Positions 1-12,885 of a DNA stretch of 64,000 bases are shown in pieces (within the stretch, counting starts at the first letter, position 1; each line of letters begins with the position of its first letter). The notes below the pieces were generated by a model. It ran no database searches. It had not been told where the DNA came from and was given only the letters and a program-made list of their open reading frames with translations. This DNA comes from the human T2T-CHM13v2.0 reference genome, Homo sapiens, in NCBI RefSeq assembly GCF_009914755.1, contig NC_060939.1; one strand, 5' to 3'. A program made the translations under genes and the position numbers.

Positions 1-545
1 GGGAAGGGCGGTGGTGACTGGGAGCATGCGGGGTAACCGCAGTGGGCAAGGGACATGGGTGGAGGTGGGTACATCAGGGTGATTGCAGTTCCGTGTGGCG
101 AGGGTACGTGGGGGGACCAGTGCATAGGGATTTTAGGCGGAGGTAGGTATATTGGAGTGATTGTGGCGGGGCGAAGGTACGTGAAGTGATCGGTATTTAG
201 GGGGTGTTGAGCGCAGGTAGGTGTATAATAGTGACCACTGCGTGGTGGAGCAGGGTACGTGGGGCGACTGGGGGGGGAATTCGTCGCAGTGACCGAGGCG
301 AGGAGGCTATGGCAGTGGACCAGGGGGATGAGTCGGTGTGACAGTGGTGGGGGTTGTGTTGGTGGTCGCGGCGCGGGGAGAGTCCGTAGGAAGTGGCTGG
401 GAGGTAGGGGGAAGGCGGCGACAGTGGGTATTGGCGGCGGTGGGCATTGGCAGCGGGTAGGCATGGCGGTGGTGGACTTTGGCGGCGGTAGGCATGGCGG
501 CGGTGGGCATGGCATGGAGGCGGTGGGCATGGCGGCCGCGGGGCC
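1..545 (+). repeat. G-rich degenerate direct repeats in intron 1
   Basis: GGCGGCGGT(G/A)GGCAT-type units at 433-447, 481-495, 496-510, 516-530; GGTACGTG-type units near 103, 176, 254. Confidence 0.85.
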
Positions 546-972
546 TGTCGCTGTCCGGAGTGACTAAGGGACGCTGAATGATTGCTGTGTAGAGGAGGGG
601 GCATCAGAAGGGGCAGTAGCACAGTCCGCAGCCTTTAATTTTCCTGTGACCTGCGATGGTCATCTGGTTTGCCTACTGTGGTGGTGGTGCTTTTTTATTA
701 AAACTGCGCAATGCCTACACTGCCGCAGGGGCTGCAGAAATGCGTGGAATCCTTGCGTACCCTTTAGGAACCCTCGCTTTAGAGGCTATGGCATAAGAAG
801 ACTGGAATGATGTGCAGAACTTGCATTTACAGATCTTTTGACTGATAGGCCAGGTGATGCCTGGGGGTTACTTTTTTTTCATTGTTTCTCTCTGTTGGGA
901 ACCAGGTCTTGGAAGGCTATGTCGAAATAACCTGGGGGTCTGTGTTGCGTCACTGCCATTGTGCAGCTCCTT

Positions 973-1070
973 CAAGATGGCCGCCGCTGCAGCGGCTTAG
1001 ATCTGCGCAAGCGCTTCAGCGGGGGGGTGGCCGCTTCCTCCCTGTAGAGCCGCCAGTGGGGAGGGGGCAG
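973..1070 (+). promoter_or_regulatory. Intron 1 regulatory cassette with YY1-, NRF1- and Sp1/GC-box-like motifs
   Basis: CAAGATGGCCGCC (973-985, YY1-like), TGCGCAAGCGC (1004-1014, NRF1-like), GGGGGGGTGG (1021-1030), GGGGAGGGGGC (~1058-1068). Fits the YY1/NRF1/Sp1 intronic enhancer I recall for SNRPN intron 1. Confidence 0.7.
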
Positions 1071-3150
1071 GTGGTGTGTGTTCAGCTTCTGCTGTTTCGG
1101 AGTTTCAGCCGTACCCTCTTTAGGGTGCAGTGGTAAGGAGAGGAAGCCGGCCAAGGTGGGCGGCTGCCCCCTCCCCAAAGTGCTGCTTGGGAAAGGATGC
1201 AGGTTGCGCAGACGCAGCAGAGGTGACAGTCGCCTCCGCTTGCAGTGGGGCGAGACGTGGGGCAGGGGAGCGAGGGCTTACGCAGCTTTTGCCTGGAAGG
1301 AATGGCAGCCCTCCCCTTCACCTGGCTGATACAGCAGCTGTTCCTTTCCGGTTGTGGCGCAGTAGAGGGGGGAGGAGGGAGATGGGTTGGCGCAGGCTCC
1401 GCCTAGCAAGCTTGGCAGCCACCCCTTACCCACGGTGCAGCAGTAGAGGACTGGAGGGGAATGTGGCTAGAGGCCAGGCATTTGTACCACCTCCGCCTGT
1501 GTGGGATGGCAGCTGCACTGGGCTACTGCTTTTCAGCTCTGCAGTAAACTAGAGTGGTGGGGGCCTGGAGGCCATCAAAGGTGCAGCCACCCCAAGACCT
1601 GCTGTGCTGTTTCAGCAAGCCTCCATTAATGATAGAGATTTTAAATTGGTTTTCTGACTCCCTGGAAAATCGTACCTTTTCATTTTTGTAGTTCCTCTCT
1701 TGGTTGTATTGTGCGCTAATTCTCTATTTTCAAACTGGACTTGTTAACCCCTTTTTTTTAACTCCCTGTAGTCTTTGATTTCCATTCGACACATTTAATA
1801 AATGTCACCATTTAAGATTCAGTTATCCTTCTTAATCTCTGGATAGTCCATTCTGATGCACTGCATACTTTCCTTAAATGGGTTGGGGGAGAGGGCATCG
1901 TGATGGCTCTTCCCGACTAAGGTTGAAAGGTGTTTCAAACACTGGACCTCTTCATCTTCTGGGAGTTGAAAGCTGCAAGTTTTGTGCTCAAAGAGAATAA
2001 AAGAGAAAAGTGGAGACAATCTTATTGGGGTGGGGTTGTGCTTTGGATCAGTTACTGTCTTTTTTTGGATTTTTAAATTAATGATCATTTTTGAAGTTGG
2101 AGCTACTACAAAAATTTGGTGAGAAAGGTTAATGAATAACTGCATTTTTATATTCCAGTACTTTTTTAAAAAATCATTTTATTCTAAGGATTTTGTCTTC
2201 CTTTGCAGGATTTTCAGTGCTTGCCTTTTCTGTATTTACATTTTCCCTCTATCATAACTGGTATGTCTGGTTGCACTGAGTTGTAATTAACAGAAAAGTT
2301 AAATCTACGAAGCCCGAAAAGCCTTGTTCTGGAATAATCTATTTTTGGGTAGTTTTAAAAATAGCAGGAGTCTGGGATTTTATATGATATTTATAATTTA
2401 CCCTTTTTTTTCTGCTTGCATGAAGATAGCAGTTCACATACATATATTTCTTGGTTTAACTTCTGGTCATTTGGCTATTTGCAAGCTGAGTATTTAGTCT
2501 GATCCGCCATTTTGTAGTCTTGCATTCAGGCCCGGGATCCTAATATGGCAGATCCCTTTGGAAAGGCCTCTTGAAGTTTCAAGGTCTGTGTCCTACTCAG
2601 TGAATTGGCTCTGTGCTAGGGCTTTTTGGAGGCAGGGAGTGGCAGCCCTTCCTGTGATGCAGAGGAAGGAAGCTTGGTTGAGAGACCCTTATGTTGTTGT
2701 CTAAGGCAGGGTACTAACTGATTTGGATTTATTCACAGACCTTGCCTTATCTTGATTTCACTATTCTATCTGACCAGTGTGTCATTGCCGAAATGTTTTC
2801 CACATTTATAGTTACTCTGTATCTTTATGTTTCCCTTACCCTGTTCCTTTTCCTAATAAACATCTTTGTTTTACAAAAAATTTTGTTTATAAGGTGTCAA
2901 GGATGCCAAGATAACCTCCTTTGTTTATCAGCGCCCTCTGTTTAGCTATTTTTTAGGAAGAATCATTTAAGCAGGTTGTGAGTACTGCCCTCAATTACTT
3001 GGACAATGAAGTTTTAAAAATCTTATTTAGACCTGTCACTGGTCCTGTCTCCTTTTTTTTTTTTTTTGTGGCCCAGGGCCAGAAAGCTTGAGTGAGAATT
3101 GTTACTACTTAAGGTAGCCTCTCTCCATTTCTGGATGCTAGCTGGCTCAA

Positions 3151-3152
<2 letters not shown>

Positions 3153-3193
<41 letters not shown>

Positions 3194-3290
3194 CAGGGTC
3201 TCCCTATGTTGTCCAGGCTGAACTCGAACTGCTAGACTCAAGCTATATCCTCTCCCTCCTCAGTCTCTCTCTGGCCACTGTGGCTGGCCC
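3153..3290 (-). mobile_element. Alu monomer (FLAM/AluJ-like) with long poly-T
   Basis: T-run followed by gaccagggtctccctatgttgtccaggctg. Confidence 0.75.
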
Positions 3291-3387
3291 AAATTCTCTT
3301 TTTGTTAATTCTCCTCAGATTTGTTTTGGAGGCAATGAGGTTTCTTATATTCATGGGGTACAGATTAGCAGCCTATCATTAACCTTA

Positions 3388-3682
3388 TTTTTTTGTTTTT
3401 AGGAGACAGGGTCTGGCTATGTTGCCCAGGTTGGAGTGCAGTGATGCAGTTATAGCTCCCTGTAACCTCAAACTCCTGGATCAATCTAGACTCCTGCCTC
3501 AGCCTCCCAAGTGCCTGTTAGTACAGGCTTGAGGTACTGTGCCCAGCTAACTTTTTATTTTTTTGTAGAGAGGGGTCTCCTTATGTTGCCCAGACTGGTC
3601 TCGAACTCCTGGACTCAAGCAGTGCCCCTGCCTAGGCCTCCCAAAGTGCTGGCATTGCAGCCATGAGCCGCTATACCTGGCC
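3388..3682 (-). mobile_element. AluJ-like
   Basis: Antisense dimeric Alu, gagacagggtct...cctcccaaagtgctgg. Confidence 0.85.
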
Positions 3683-4010
3683 AACTTTGTTTATTTTTAT
3701 TCTTGAGATCTTAGTTAAATTTTATGGAAAATTTAGGCCGTAATAAAATTGGGATTCCATTGCTTTTTGCTTTTCAATATATTTCCGGATTATTACTTTC
3801 AGTGTAAGTGATCTGAGGGCAAACATTTAACACCCTTTCTATATGATGATTTTTTCATGATGTCCTCAGTTTCATAAAATGTTGGTTTCTGTGTTGGGGA
3901 TGCAGTTAGATAAATGCATGTGTGTGTGTATCTAGAACATTCAATAAAGTAGTGTTTTCAAAATCTTATAGATGACATTTTATATGTAGATTAAAAATAA
4001 GTAGATTTAA

Positions 4011-4128
4011 GCCAGGTGCGGTGGCTCATGTCTATAGTCCCAGCACTTTTGGAGGCCAAGGCAGAAGGATCACTGGAGCCTGGGAGTTCAAGCTTGGGTA
4101 TTGAGACCCCGTCTCTACATTTAAAAAA
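4011..4128 (+). mobile_element. Alu left monomer (FLAM-like)
   Basis: gccaggtgcggtggctcatg...gagaccccgtctctac with short A tail. Confidence 0.8.
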
Positions 4129-4647
4129 AGGTAAATTCAGAAAGTTGAAATAATAGAATATTTTGGTTTGATGGCTATTTCCTCAGTTGACCTCAGACCT
4201 TTCATATTGAGCAACTGCCGAATGGGTTCTTTTTGTTTTTTGGTAAGACAGTGTTTGCAGTTGTACACTATTAGATTAATCATGGTTTAGTTGATAGTTT
4301 CCTTAATTGTATTATATTAAGGTACTACATTATTAGCTGTATTTGTGTGCCCACCATAATGTAGCACTGATCAGTACTAAATTCCTTTTTATGGCTGAAA
4401 GACATTCGTTTGGATATATCATATTTTCTTCATTCGTAAGTTGATGGACATTTGAGTTGTTTCCACTCTTTGGCTATTATGAATAATGCTACTAGGAACA
4501 CGTATAATACGTTTAATACAAAGAATTAGTTTCACAAGGTTTTACTTAGCCCTCGTATATGCCAGGTTCTTGAAATTTTGTCTTTTTGGAAGTATGAGAG
4601 TAGTGGTAGCTGGGAAGGCTGCAGGTATAATAGAAAGAACATGAACT

Positions 4648-4833
4648 GTCTGGGCATGGTGGCTCATGCCTGTAATCCCAGCACTTTGGGAGGCCGAGGT
4701 GGGTAGATCACCTGAGGGCAGGAGCTCGACATCAGCCTGGCCAACATGGTGAAACCCTGTCTCTACTATAAATACAAAAATTAGCTGGGTGTGGTGGTGC
4801 ATGCCTGTAATCCCAGCTACTTTGGAGGCTGAG
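4648..4833 (+). mobile_element. AluS, 3'-truncated
   Basis: Left arm plus start of right arm. Confidence 0.85.
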
Positions 4834-5010
4834 TTTGGGTCTTGTAATATTACTTCATCTAGCAGTAGAGTTAGTGTCATATGTTACTTTCATGATTAAC
4901 ATTTTTAGGAAGTTGGCAAAGTCTATATATAACACTTTATGTTTCCACCAGCAGTTTCCCCACATCCTTTACAAATATTGTGGTGTCAGATGGTGGCATT
5001 TCAGTGGGGG

Positions 5011-5265
5011 TTTTTTCATTTTGAGGCAGGGTCTGGCTCTGTCACCCAGGCTGGTGTGCCAGTGGCATGATCTCAGGTCACTGCAACCTCTGCCTCCTAG
5101 GCTCAAGCGCCCTCTCACCTTAGCCTCCTGAGTAGCTGGTACCACAGGCATGCACCACCACACCCAGCTAATTTTTGTATTTTTTTGTATAGATGTTGCC
5201 CAAGCTGGTCTCCTGAGCTCAAGTGATCGCTGGCCTCAGCCTTCCATGAACCATTGCGCCCTGCC
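5011..5265 (-). mobile_element. AluJ-like
   Basis: Diverged antisense Alu motifs. Confidence 0.8.
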
Positions 5266-6778
5266 TCATTGGGATTTTGATTTGCATTTTTTAGTGACTA
5301 ATGTTCAGCATCATTTCATATAGATTAGCCACTTGTATGTGTTTGGAGGACTGTCTATTCAAGTGTTTTACCCATCGTAGCAATAGAATTTGCCCTTTTA
5401 TTGTTGAGTTGTGAGAGTTCCTTACATATTCTGGATACCAAACTTGAAAAAATACTTTTTTGAGGTGTGAGTGACATACAAAAGCTGTAGATAGTTAATG
5501 TTAAAAGTTGATATGCTAAGAGATAAGTACATGCCTTTGAAATCATTCTTATCAAAATTAGTGGCATAAATGTGTCTGTCACCTGAAAAAGTTTCTTTGC
5601 CTCTCCCTACCTTCTTTTTTTTCATTGTTTGGATTTTCTTTTTGTTTGTTTTGGATACTAGAAACTTAGCTGTATGTTAAGCAAATATTTTTTCCTATTC
5701 TGGTTATCCTTTCACTTTCTTTAGTGTTTTCGGAACTTTATTTTTTGATGAAGTCCACTTTATTTTTTATACTGCTTGTAATTCAGGTGTTATATTTAAT
5801 AGACCATTGTGTAATCAAAAGTAATAAACATTATCAGTGTATAAAATTTTACCATTTAGAAATCAAATATGTGTGTATGGCTTGATTAGAACATTTAAAC
5901 TCTTGAAAGAATAAAACAGCTGTGCGTTATTGGTAAGCTATTTTACCAATCTAAAAGTCTAACATGACTTAAAAACATCTAGGGTTCAGAGAATTATTAA
6001 TAGCTTTTGGCATGTATCTTTGAATTTTGCTTTTGAGATATTACTTGTGTTACTTTAGTGAAAGGTCCTGCTGACCTTTCTGATTTATCATCTTTAAAGG
6101 TTCATAGGTGGTTTCTGCAGTCCCTAATATGGCTAGTCTGGTGTGGGATTTCATGTTCTGTTCCCTTGAGCAGCCATTTTATGAGGGGTTCTGCAGACGT
6201 AACATGGCGGGTTTTTTGTTTGTTTGTTTGTTTTTGCTATGTGGATAGTTTTTAGCTTGAGCAGCTCTTCTATTGCTTTGCAAATCCTAAAGAAAGCACC
6301 ATTTGCATGTTTTTTTAAAGTAGATATTTTATAATTTAAACTATGTTCTATTCCACTATATAAGTATGTCTACTGTATCCTAAAAATATTTTTTGAAACC
6401 ATTTTGGAAATCAGGTTTACTGTTTTTGGGGGGAAGGTGAGTAGGGTAGTGGTGGTATGTATGTATCTACATCTGCATAAGTGGGAATTTTATATGTACG
6501 TGACTACAAATAGAGGTAGATATATTATTTTAATTTCATTTTCTGATTTTTTTTAAAACCAGATTTTCTGATGTCATGGGCTTCTAAAAGGAGAAAAAAG
6601 TGGTTATAGCATAGATTATGACTGTTTGAAGGTTAAAGATCTTGTAATAATTTTACCTTGTTTTAATTAGATTTAAAAATCCATTATATTAAATGTAGTT
6701 CTAAATATAACCTTGACAAATAGTTATTTCATAGATTGATGCAGTCTACCAAACAAATGCCTCTCTTTTCTGTTTCAG

Positions 6779-6874
6779 GGATCGCTTACACCTGAGACGA
6801 ACTACAGAACAGCACGTACCAGAGGTGGAAGTCCAAGTCAAACGCAGAAGGACTGCCTCACTGAGCAACCAAGA
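6779..6874 (+). CDS. SNURF: SNURF exon 2 (96 nt, coding)
   Basis: ttttctgtttcAG acceptor, GA|gtgagt donor; encodes (R)DRLHLRRTTEQHVPEVEVQVKRRRTASLSNQ(E), recognised as SNURF. Confidence 0.97.
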
Positions 6875-7999
6875 GTGAGTACAGACTGTGTTGGGAACAA
6901 ATGCAAGTCAGAATCTCCTTTCAGATTAGAACAAAATATCATGCAATGAGGGGATTAAAATGAACATAATTGAAGAAGCAGACACATCTAATACAGAAGA
7001 TGTAGTAAAAAAGCAATGAAATTCTTAACCATATTATCCTAAAATAATTCACCCTCTTAAAGATTTTAGTATAATTTTCTTTTTTCCTATACGTGGGTAA
7101 GTGCATTTTATCTTTATAAAATTTTGTAATTACCCTTCAACATAAGCATACTTAAATTTTTCTGCATTATTAAATCACTTTGTATGCTTGCAAAATGTAC
7201 TGTGCGCTGAAGTGATTAATTTACATATTCATTCTTGCTCTGTGATATTTAGGTGTTTGTTTTTGGTTAGTGCATTTATTCTGTTAAAATTTAAAATACA
7301 TTTGTGTTTTTTATCCTGTTTTAAGTATATATATGTGGAATGTATATATAGGATGTATACACAGACACACTCAGACACATATTTTAATTTAGATTTCTAG
7401 AAGGGAAATTTTAATTAAAAATAGGTGAACATTTTAAATGACCTAATACATATTTAGTCCACATTGAAACTTTGGCATTTTGTCATTGCCATTAAAATTT
7501 TGATGGCATTAAAATTTGATGCCATTAAAATTTTGATCAGTAGGTAGCATTTTTTTCTTAGCTACAATTGTTTTTTTTAATTATAAGTATTAAAAATTCA
7601 TGAAGATGATTCTTTTTGTAAAACAGTTTTGCATAAAAAGTAAGTCTCATTTTAAAGCAACTACCAACTTAACTGGCCTTTTCCTCCCCAGAGATAATCA
7701 TTAAGTAAATAGCCATCAGACCTTGTCCTATGCATTGTGTGTGTAGTGGGGAGAGAGGAAGGGAGGACATGGGACACATTTGAAGTTTGTGTGCATACGA
7801 CACCGTGCTGTCTGTATTTTGACAATATGTCTTGGTGATCTTTTCATATCAGTACACATAAATCTACCTTATTTTACAAAGTGTGCGTGGTGTGATAACA
7901 TTATTATTGTAATCGTTAGCTTGCTGCTGGATATTTAGTTTGTTTGCATTGTTTGGCTATTAACAATGAAAAGAACAGTCACTTTGAAAACGCAGTGTA

Positions 8000-8320
<321 letters not shown>

Positions 8321-8421
8321 TTATTTTATTTTTTTCAAATTAAAGGTTTTTCCTCATAGTAAAAACTGAGTAGTAGTTTGTGTGTCTTTTGTTATTTCCT
8401 CATTTTATATGTGAAAAGTTG

Positions 8422-8711
8422 AGCTGGATGTGGTGGCTCATGCCTCTAATCCCAGCATGTTGGGAGGCTGAGGTGGATCACTTGAGCCCAGGAGGTGGAG
8501 ACCAGCCTGGGCAACATAGAGAGACCTCCTCTCTACAGAAAAATAAATTAGCCAGGCGTGGTGTTGTCTACCTGTAGTCTCAGCTACCTGGGAGGCTGAA
8601 GTGGAAGGGTCACTTGATCCCAGGAGGTTGAGGCTGCAGTGAGCCATGTTTGTGCCACTGTACTCCAGTCTAGGTGACAGAATGAGATCTAGTCTCAAAA
8701 AGAAAAAAAAA
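8422..8711 (+). mobile_element. AluJ-like
   Basis: Dimeric Alu with J-type cttgagcccaggag motif. Confidence 0.85.
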
Positions 8712-8990
8712 GTTGTAAAACATCTGTTAGCAAGTTTTAAATTATGGTGAGGGTAAAGATTTTTTTTTTATTTTTTCCTATTTATTTTGCCGATTTTTAC
8801 TATAGTGAGTATATTTAAGTACATTTTCATTTTTTAAAATTGCTTTGGAAGACGTATTTTATGTACGTTTTGTTTGTATATTGGTAAATATTTTGAAAGT
8901 ATTTTGTGTAATATAATTTGTCCTTTATATATAATAGGTTATTCGATCATTCATTTTATTTGATATGAAATCTCTTTTTTCATCTCTTCA

Positions 8991-9262
8991 TTCTTTTTGA
9001 GACGGAGTTTTGCTCTTGTTGGCCAGGATGGAGTGCAACCTCCGCCTACCAAGTTCAAGTGATTCTCCTGCCTCAGTCTCCCAAGTAACTGGGATTATAG
9101 GTGTGTGCCACCATGCCTGGCTAATTTTGTATTTTTTTAGTAGAGACAGGGTTTCTCCATGTTGGTCAGGCTGGGCTCGAACTCCCGACCTCAGATGATC
9201 CGCCCGCCTTGGTTTCTTTCCCAAAGTGCTAGGATTACAGGTGTGAGCCACTGCGCCCAGCC
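8991..9262 (-). mobile_element. AluS
   Basis: Antisense Alu flanked by a cttcattctttt direct repeat. Confidence 0.88.
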
Positions 9263-9920
9263 TCTCCCTTCATTCTTTTGCAGCTCTGACGTTTTTTTAA
9301 AGTGCCATTACTATTCCCTGAGTTTCTAGAGGTAGTTCAGAGATGGTGGTGGAGGTAGGGCTGAGGTTTAGGACTCTTAGGTTTAGGACTGTTAAGTGGG
9401 TGAAGGTTCTATCTTGCTATATTTTTGTTACAGTTTTTTTCCTATGTAACCTCAGTGTGGACTAAATAACAGGTAGTCTCATCCTCATCTTGTTGTGGGA
9501 TGACGTTAGCCTTCTAGGCATCTTGTCCATATTTATGGAAACATTTTGATGGTTTTGAAGAAGAAATAACTTGAGTTTTTCTTATCTGCACTGCATATAT
9601 ATGTACAAATACTGCAGGGTCTTGAGTTGGGGGAATGATCTGAGTAAAGTGTAGAGTTAGGGAAATAGTATAATTTTTCCCCCTTGTGCGTTTTCATTTT
9701 GAGAGTAATTGGATTATGGAATGGGTAAGCAGGATTGGTTAACACTGCCTCATTGTCCATGTGTTTAGGATTCTCAGGATTGGTATACTTAGAATGTTAT
9801 ACTAGAAGTGTTCAATATTTACCCATTCATCTCCTACTTCCTACCAAATCATAAGTAGTATTGGGAGGCAGTCTTCCTGGAGGAGTTGTGTGGTTATTAG
9901 CCCTAAAGATCAATGAAGGA

Positions 9921-10220
9921 GGCTGGGTGCGGTGGCTCACGCCTGTAATCCCAGCACTTTGGGAGGCGAAGGTGGGCAGATCACCTGAGGTCAGGAGTTC
10001 AAGACCAGCCTGGCCAACATGGTGAAACCTCATCTCTAGAAAAATAAAAAAATCAGCCGGGTGTGGTAGTGTGCACCTGTAATCCCAGCTACTCAGGAGG
10101 CTGAGGTGGAAGAATCGCTTGAACCTGGGAGGCAAAGGTTGCAGTGAGCCGAGATGGTGCCATTGGCTGTGCCTGGGTGACATAGCAAGACTCCATCTCA
10201 AAATAAAGTAAAAATAAAAA
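9921..10220 (+). mobile_element. AluS
   Basis: Full dimeric Alu. Confidence 0.9.
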
Positions 10221-10699
10221 GTTCACTGATTTATTTTAAATTTTTTATTCTGTCTTTCAGTGTATTTGTCACTAAATTAGCTCTTATTCTTTGGGGCTGG
10301 ATGATGTATCGTGAGTTCGAAGGGAAATTGGAAATTGGAGCTGGAGAGTTGTCTTAATATATTTTATGCTAAGCTTCACATGTCTTTTCAAATTAATATT
10401 CTGCACTCTATGAATTAAATTCTGTGTAGGCTGCCTCATTTTCTCAGTCTTTAATCTTCTATTGGGTTACAGGTTAGATCTGAGGGGGACATTGCAATAG
10501 AGAATTATCTTACGTTTCAAGATAACATTATATATATTTTTTTTTACTGAAACACTTTTTAGACCTTTATGAATAATAATCAGAAACTTAGTTGTCATTT
10601 GTAAACAGAGGTTAGAGTGGAGAATGCCCAAATTAAGATTTATTTATTCAGTGATTAGACTATGAATTAGAGTATAAAGTAGACTATGAATTAGAGTGT

Positions 10700-11410
10700 G
10701 AAGATTTAGAGGTATGTGCAGTGCAATTCTGACTACTTGGAGTTAGTGCAAATTTCACAGTTGTCTAGATGCCCTCCAGAACATTCCCCTCAATGCAGAC
10801 ACCAACTCCAAGCTCCAGGGTTGGCAGGGCACCCACACTTCCGACCAACAGTCTATAGATTCTGAGGTCCTACTATTTTCTCAGACTTTATAATTGACTA
10901 AGGTTTTATAAATGACTAGTAGATCTCAAGAAAGTGCTATACTTACTAGTTTTTTTTATAAAGGATACAAATGAACAGATGCATAGAGCAAAATCTGGGC
11001 AGGTCCCACACAAATCTTCCCTGTCCTCAGGATGCATTACCTGCACATTAGCGTATATCACCAATCAGGAAGCTCACCAGAACTCCAGATGTCGATGATT
11101 TTTGTTGGGGATTCATTATGTTGACAAGATTGAATCACTGGACATGTCACTGAATTCAGTCAGCAACTCTCCTGCCCTCCCAGGAGGGCTTGCTCAAAAC
11201 CCCAACCCTTTAGTCTTTGTTTGATCTTTTGTGGCCTGGTTAGTCACCATCTTGAGACATCTCATTACCAAGAACTCAGGTGTGATCCTAGGGACCCACC
11301 TTGAGTAACAAACACATTTCTTTCACTGGGTAAATTCCAAGGATGTATAGGATGTATAGGTTACTTCCCAGGAACCAGGAGCAAAGGCCAGTTAAATTCT
11401 TTATTATACA
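10700..11410. mobile_element. MER21-like solo LTR
   Basis: Motifs caattctgactac, ataaaggatacaaatgaacag, caccaatcaggaagctc, gaaccaggagcaaaggcca recalled from MER21; subfamily and orientation not determined. Confidence 0.6.
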
Positions 11411-11994
11411 GAAGCAATTTTAAAATGTTACTGAAAAACCATAGAAAAAAGTCCAATTTCCAAATCCTTACATGCCAACAAGGGCAGCATTGTTGGTGAT
11501 CCCCCAGCTCCTCACCTCAAGGCAAGCTGTCATTTCCTGTATGTCTTCCTTCTCATCATCAGATTTCACAGCCAGGTTACTGATTCATAGGGGTATGTCG
11601 AGGGCTTTTGTCTGGAATTCCCTGCTTACCAGTAGATGATTGGTTTACATATTTTAAGAGCCCTTAAATAGCCCTGGAAGTTCTATATTTCAGGTAGTGA
11701 CTTGTCAGGAGGATCAATATGAAGGACGGCCTAAACATCTCCCTGCAAATGCTTTAGCAGCATCTCCCTCCCCTCACCCCTGGGGAGAAAGGATTGTTCA
11801 CACAGGATAATTTGAAAGTGAGTGACTATATATGGTACTGATGGTGTTTCTTCAAGGCTGCCAGCTCTTGTGTTTTTAGTTCTTTTGGAAATATTTCTAG
11901 ACTTGGTAAGTATCTTAAGTATCCACTAGTCCCTTGTACAATCTCTGTGTAGAGATTCCTGTTTTGTGTTATAATTTCTCATAAGATAGTGTCA

Positions 11995-12504
<510 letters not shown>

Positions 12505-12596
12505 TTAAATGTAAGGGTACCTAGTTTTCTTTCATATGGTTTCCTATAAAGACAAATGTATTTTTATCATTTATATATATTGTGCTCTTGTTGTAG

Positions 12597-12702
12597 GTGT
12601 CAGTTGTACCCGAGGCGTTCTCAGCAGCAGCAAGTACCTGTGGTGGATTTCCAGGCTGAACTGAGGCAGGCATTCTTAGCTGAGACACCAAGAGGTGGTT
12701 AA
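12597..12702 (+). CDS. SNURF: SNURF exon 3 coding part to TAA (exon continues to 12747)
   Basis: ctcttgttgtAG acceptor; in frame with exon 2: CQLYPRRSQQQQVPVVDFQAELRQAFLAETPRGG*; donor CAG|gttaga at 12748. Confidence 0.97.
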
Positions 12703-12848
12703 AGCCATATTGGAGTAGCGAGGAATCTGATTCCAAGCAAAAACCAGGTTAGAGCTAATGCAGCAATGATCAAGAATAAAGAATCATTAAAGAATGGGGT
12801 GTTGGGGGTTCTCTTAATTATCAGTGACACATTAATTTTTTTCCTTAG

Positions 12849-12885
12849 AGCTTCATACAATAAACACATTGCAGAAAGTTTTAGA
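12849..12885 (+). terminator. SNURF: Probable SNURF-only terminal exon 3b with poly(A) signal
   Basis: ttttttccttAG acceptor ending 12848, then AATAAA at 12859-12864 and U-rich sequence downstream. Consistent with the known short SNURF isoform; 3' end approximate. Confidence 0.6.

Larger units (their letters stand above)
1..1500. promoter_or_regulatory. 3' part of the SNURF-SNRPN exon 1/intron 1 CpG island (PWS imprinting-centre DMR region)
   Basis: GC- and CpG-rich, strongly G-skewed sequence upstream of SNURF exon 2; composition turns AT-rich after ~1.6 kb. DMR status is established knowledge, not visible in sequence. Confidence 0.85.
4300..5830 (-). mobile_element. Old L1 3' fragments, interrupted by Alus
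   Basis: gttgatggacatttgagttgtttccac...gctattatgaataatgct and tttgatttgcattt...ttgttgagttgtgagagttccttacatattctggatac, typical of antisense L1M 3' ends. Confidence 0.7.

Noticed and set aside
197-1552. Many overlapping ORFs on both strands in the CpG island
   Set aside because: Stop-poor GC-rich and repetitive DNA; low-complexity translations inside SNURF-SNRPN intron 1.
1819-2145. 108-aa minus-strand ORF
   Set aside because: No recognisable domain or splice context; length compatible with chance.
10656-11360. Short duplications TAGACTATGAATTAGAGT x2 (10656, 10680) and GGATGTATAG x2 (11341-11360)
   Set aside because: Ordinary slippage duplications with no further structure.
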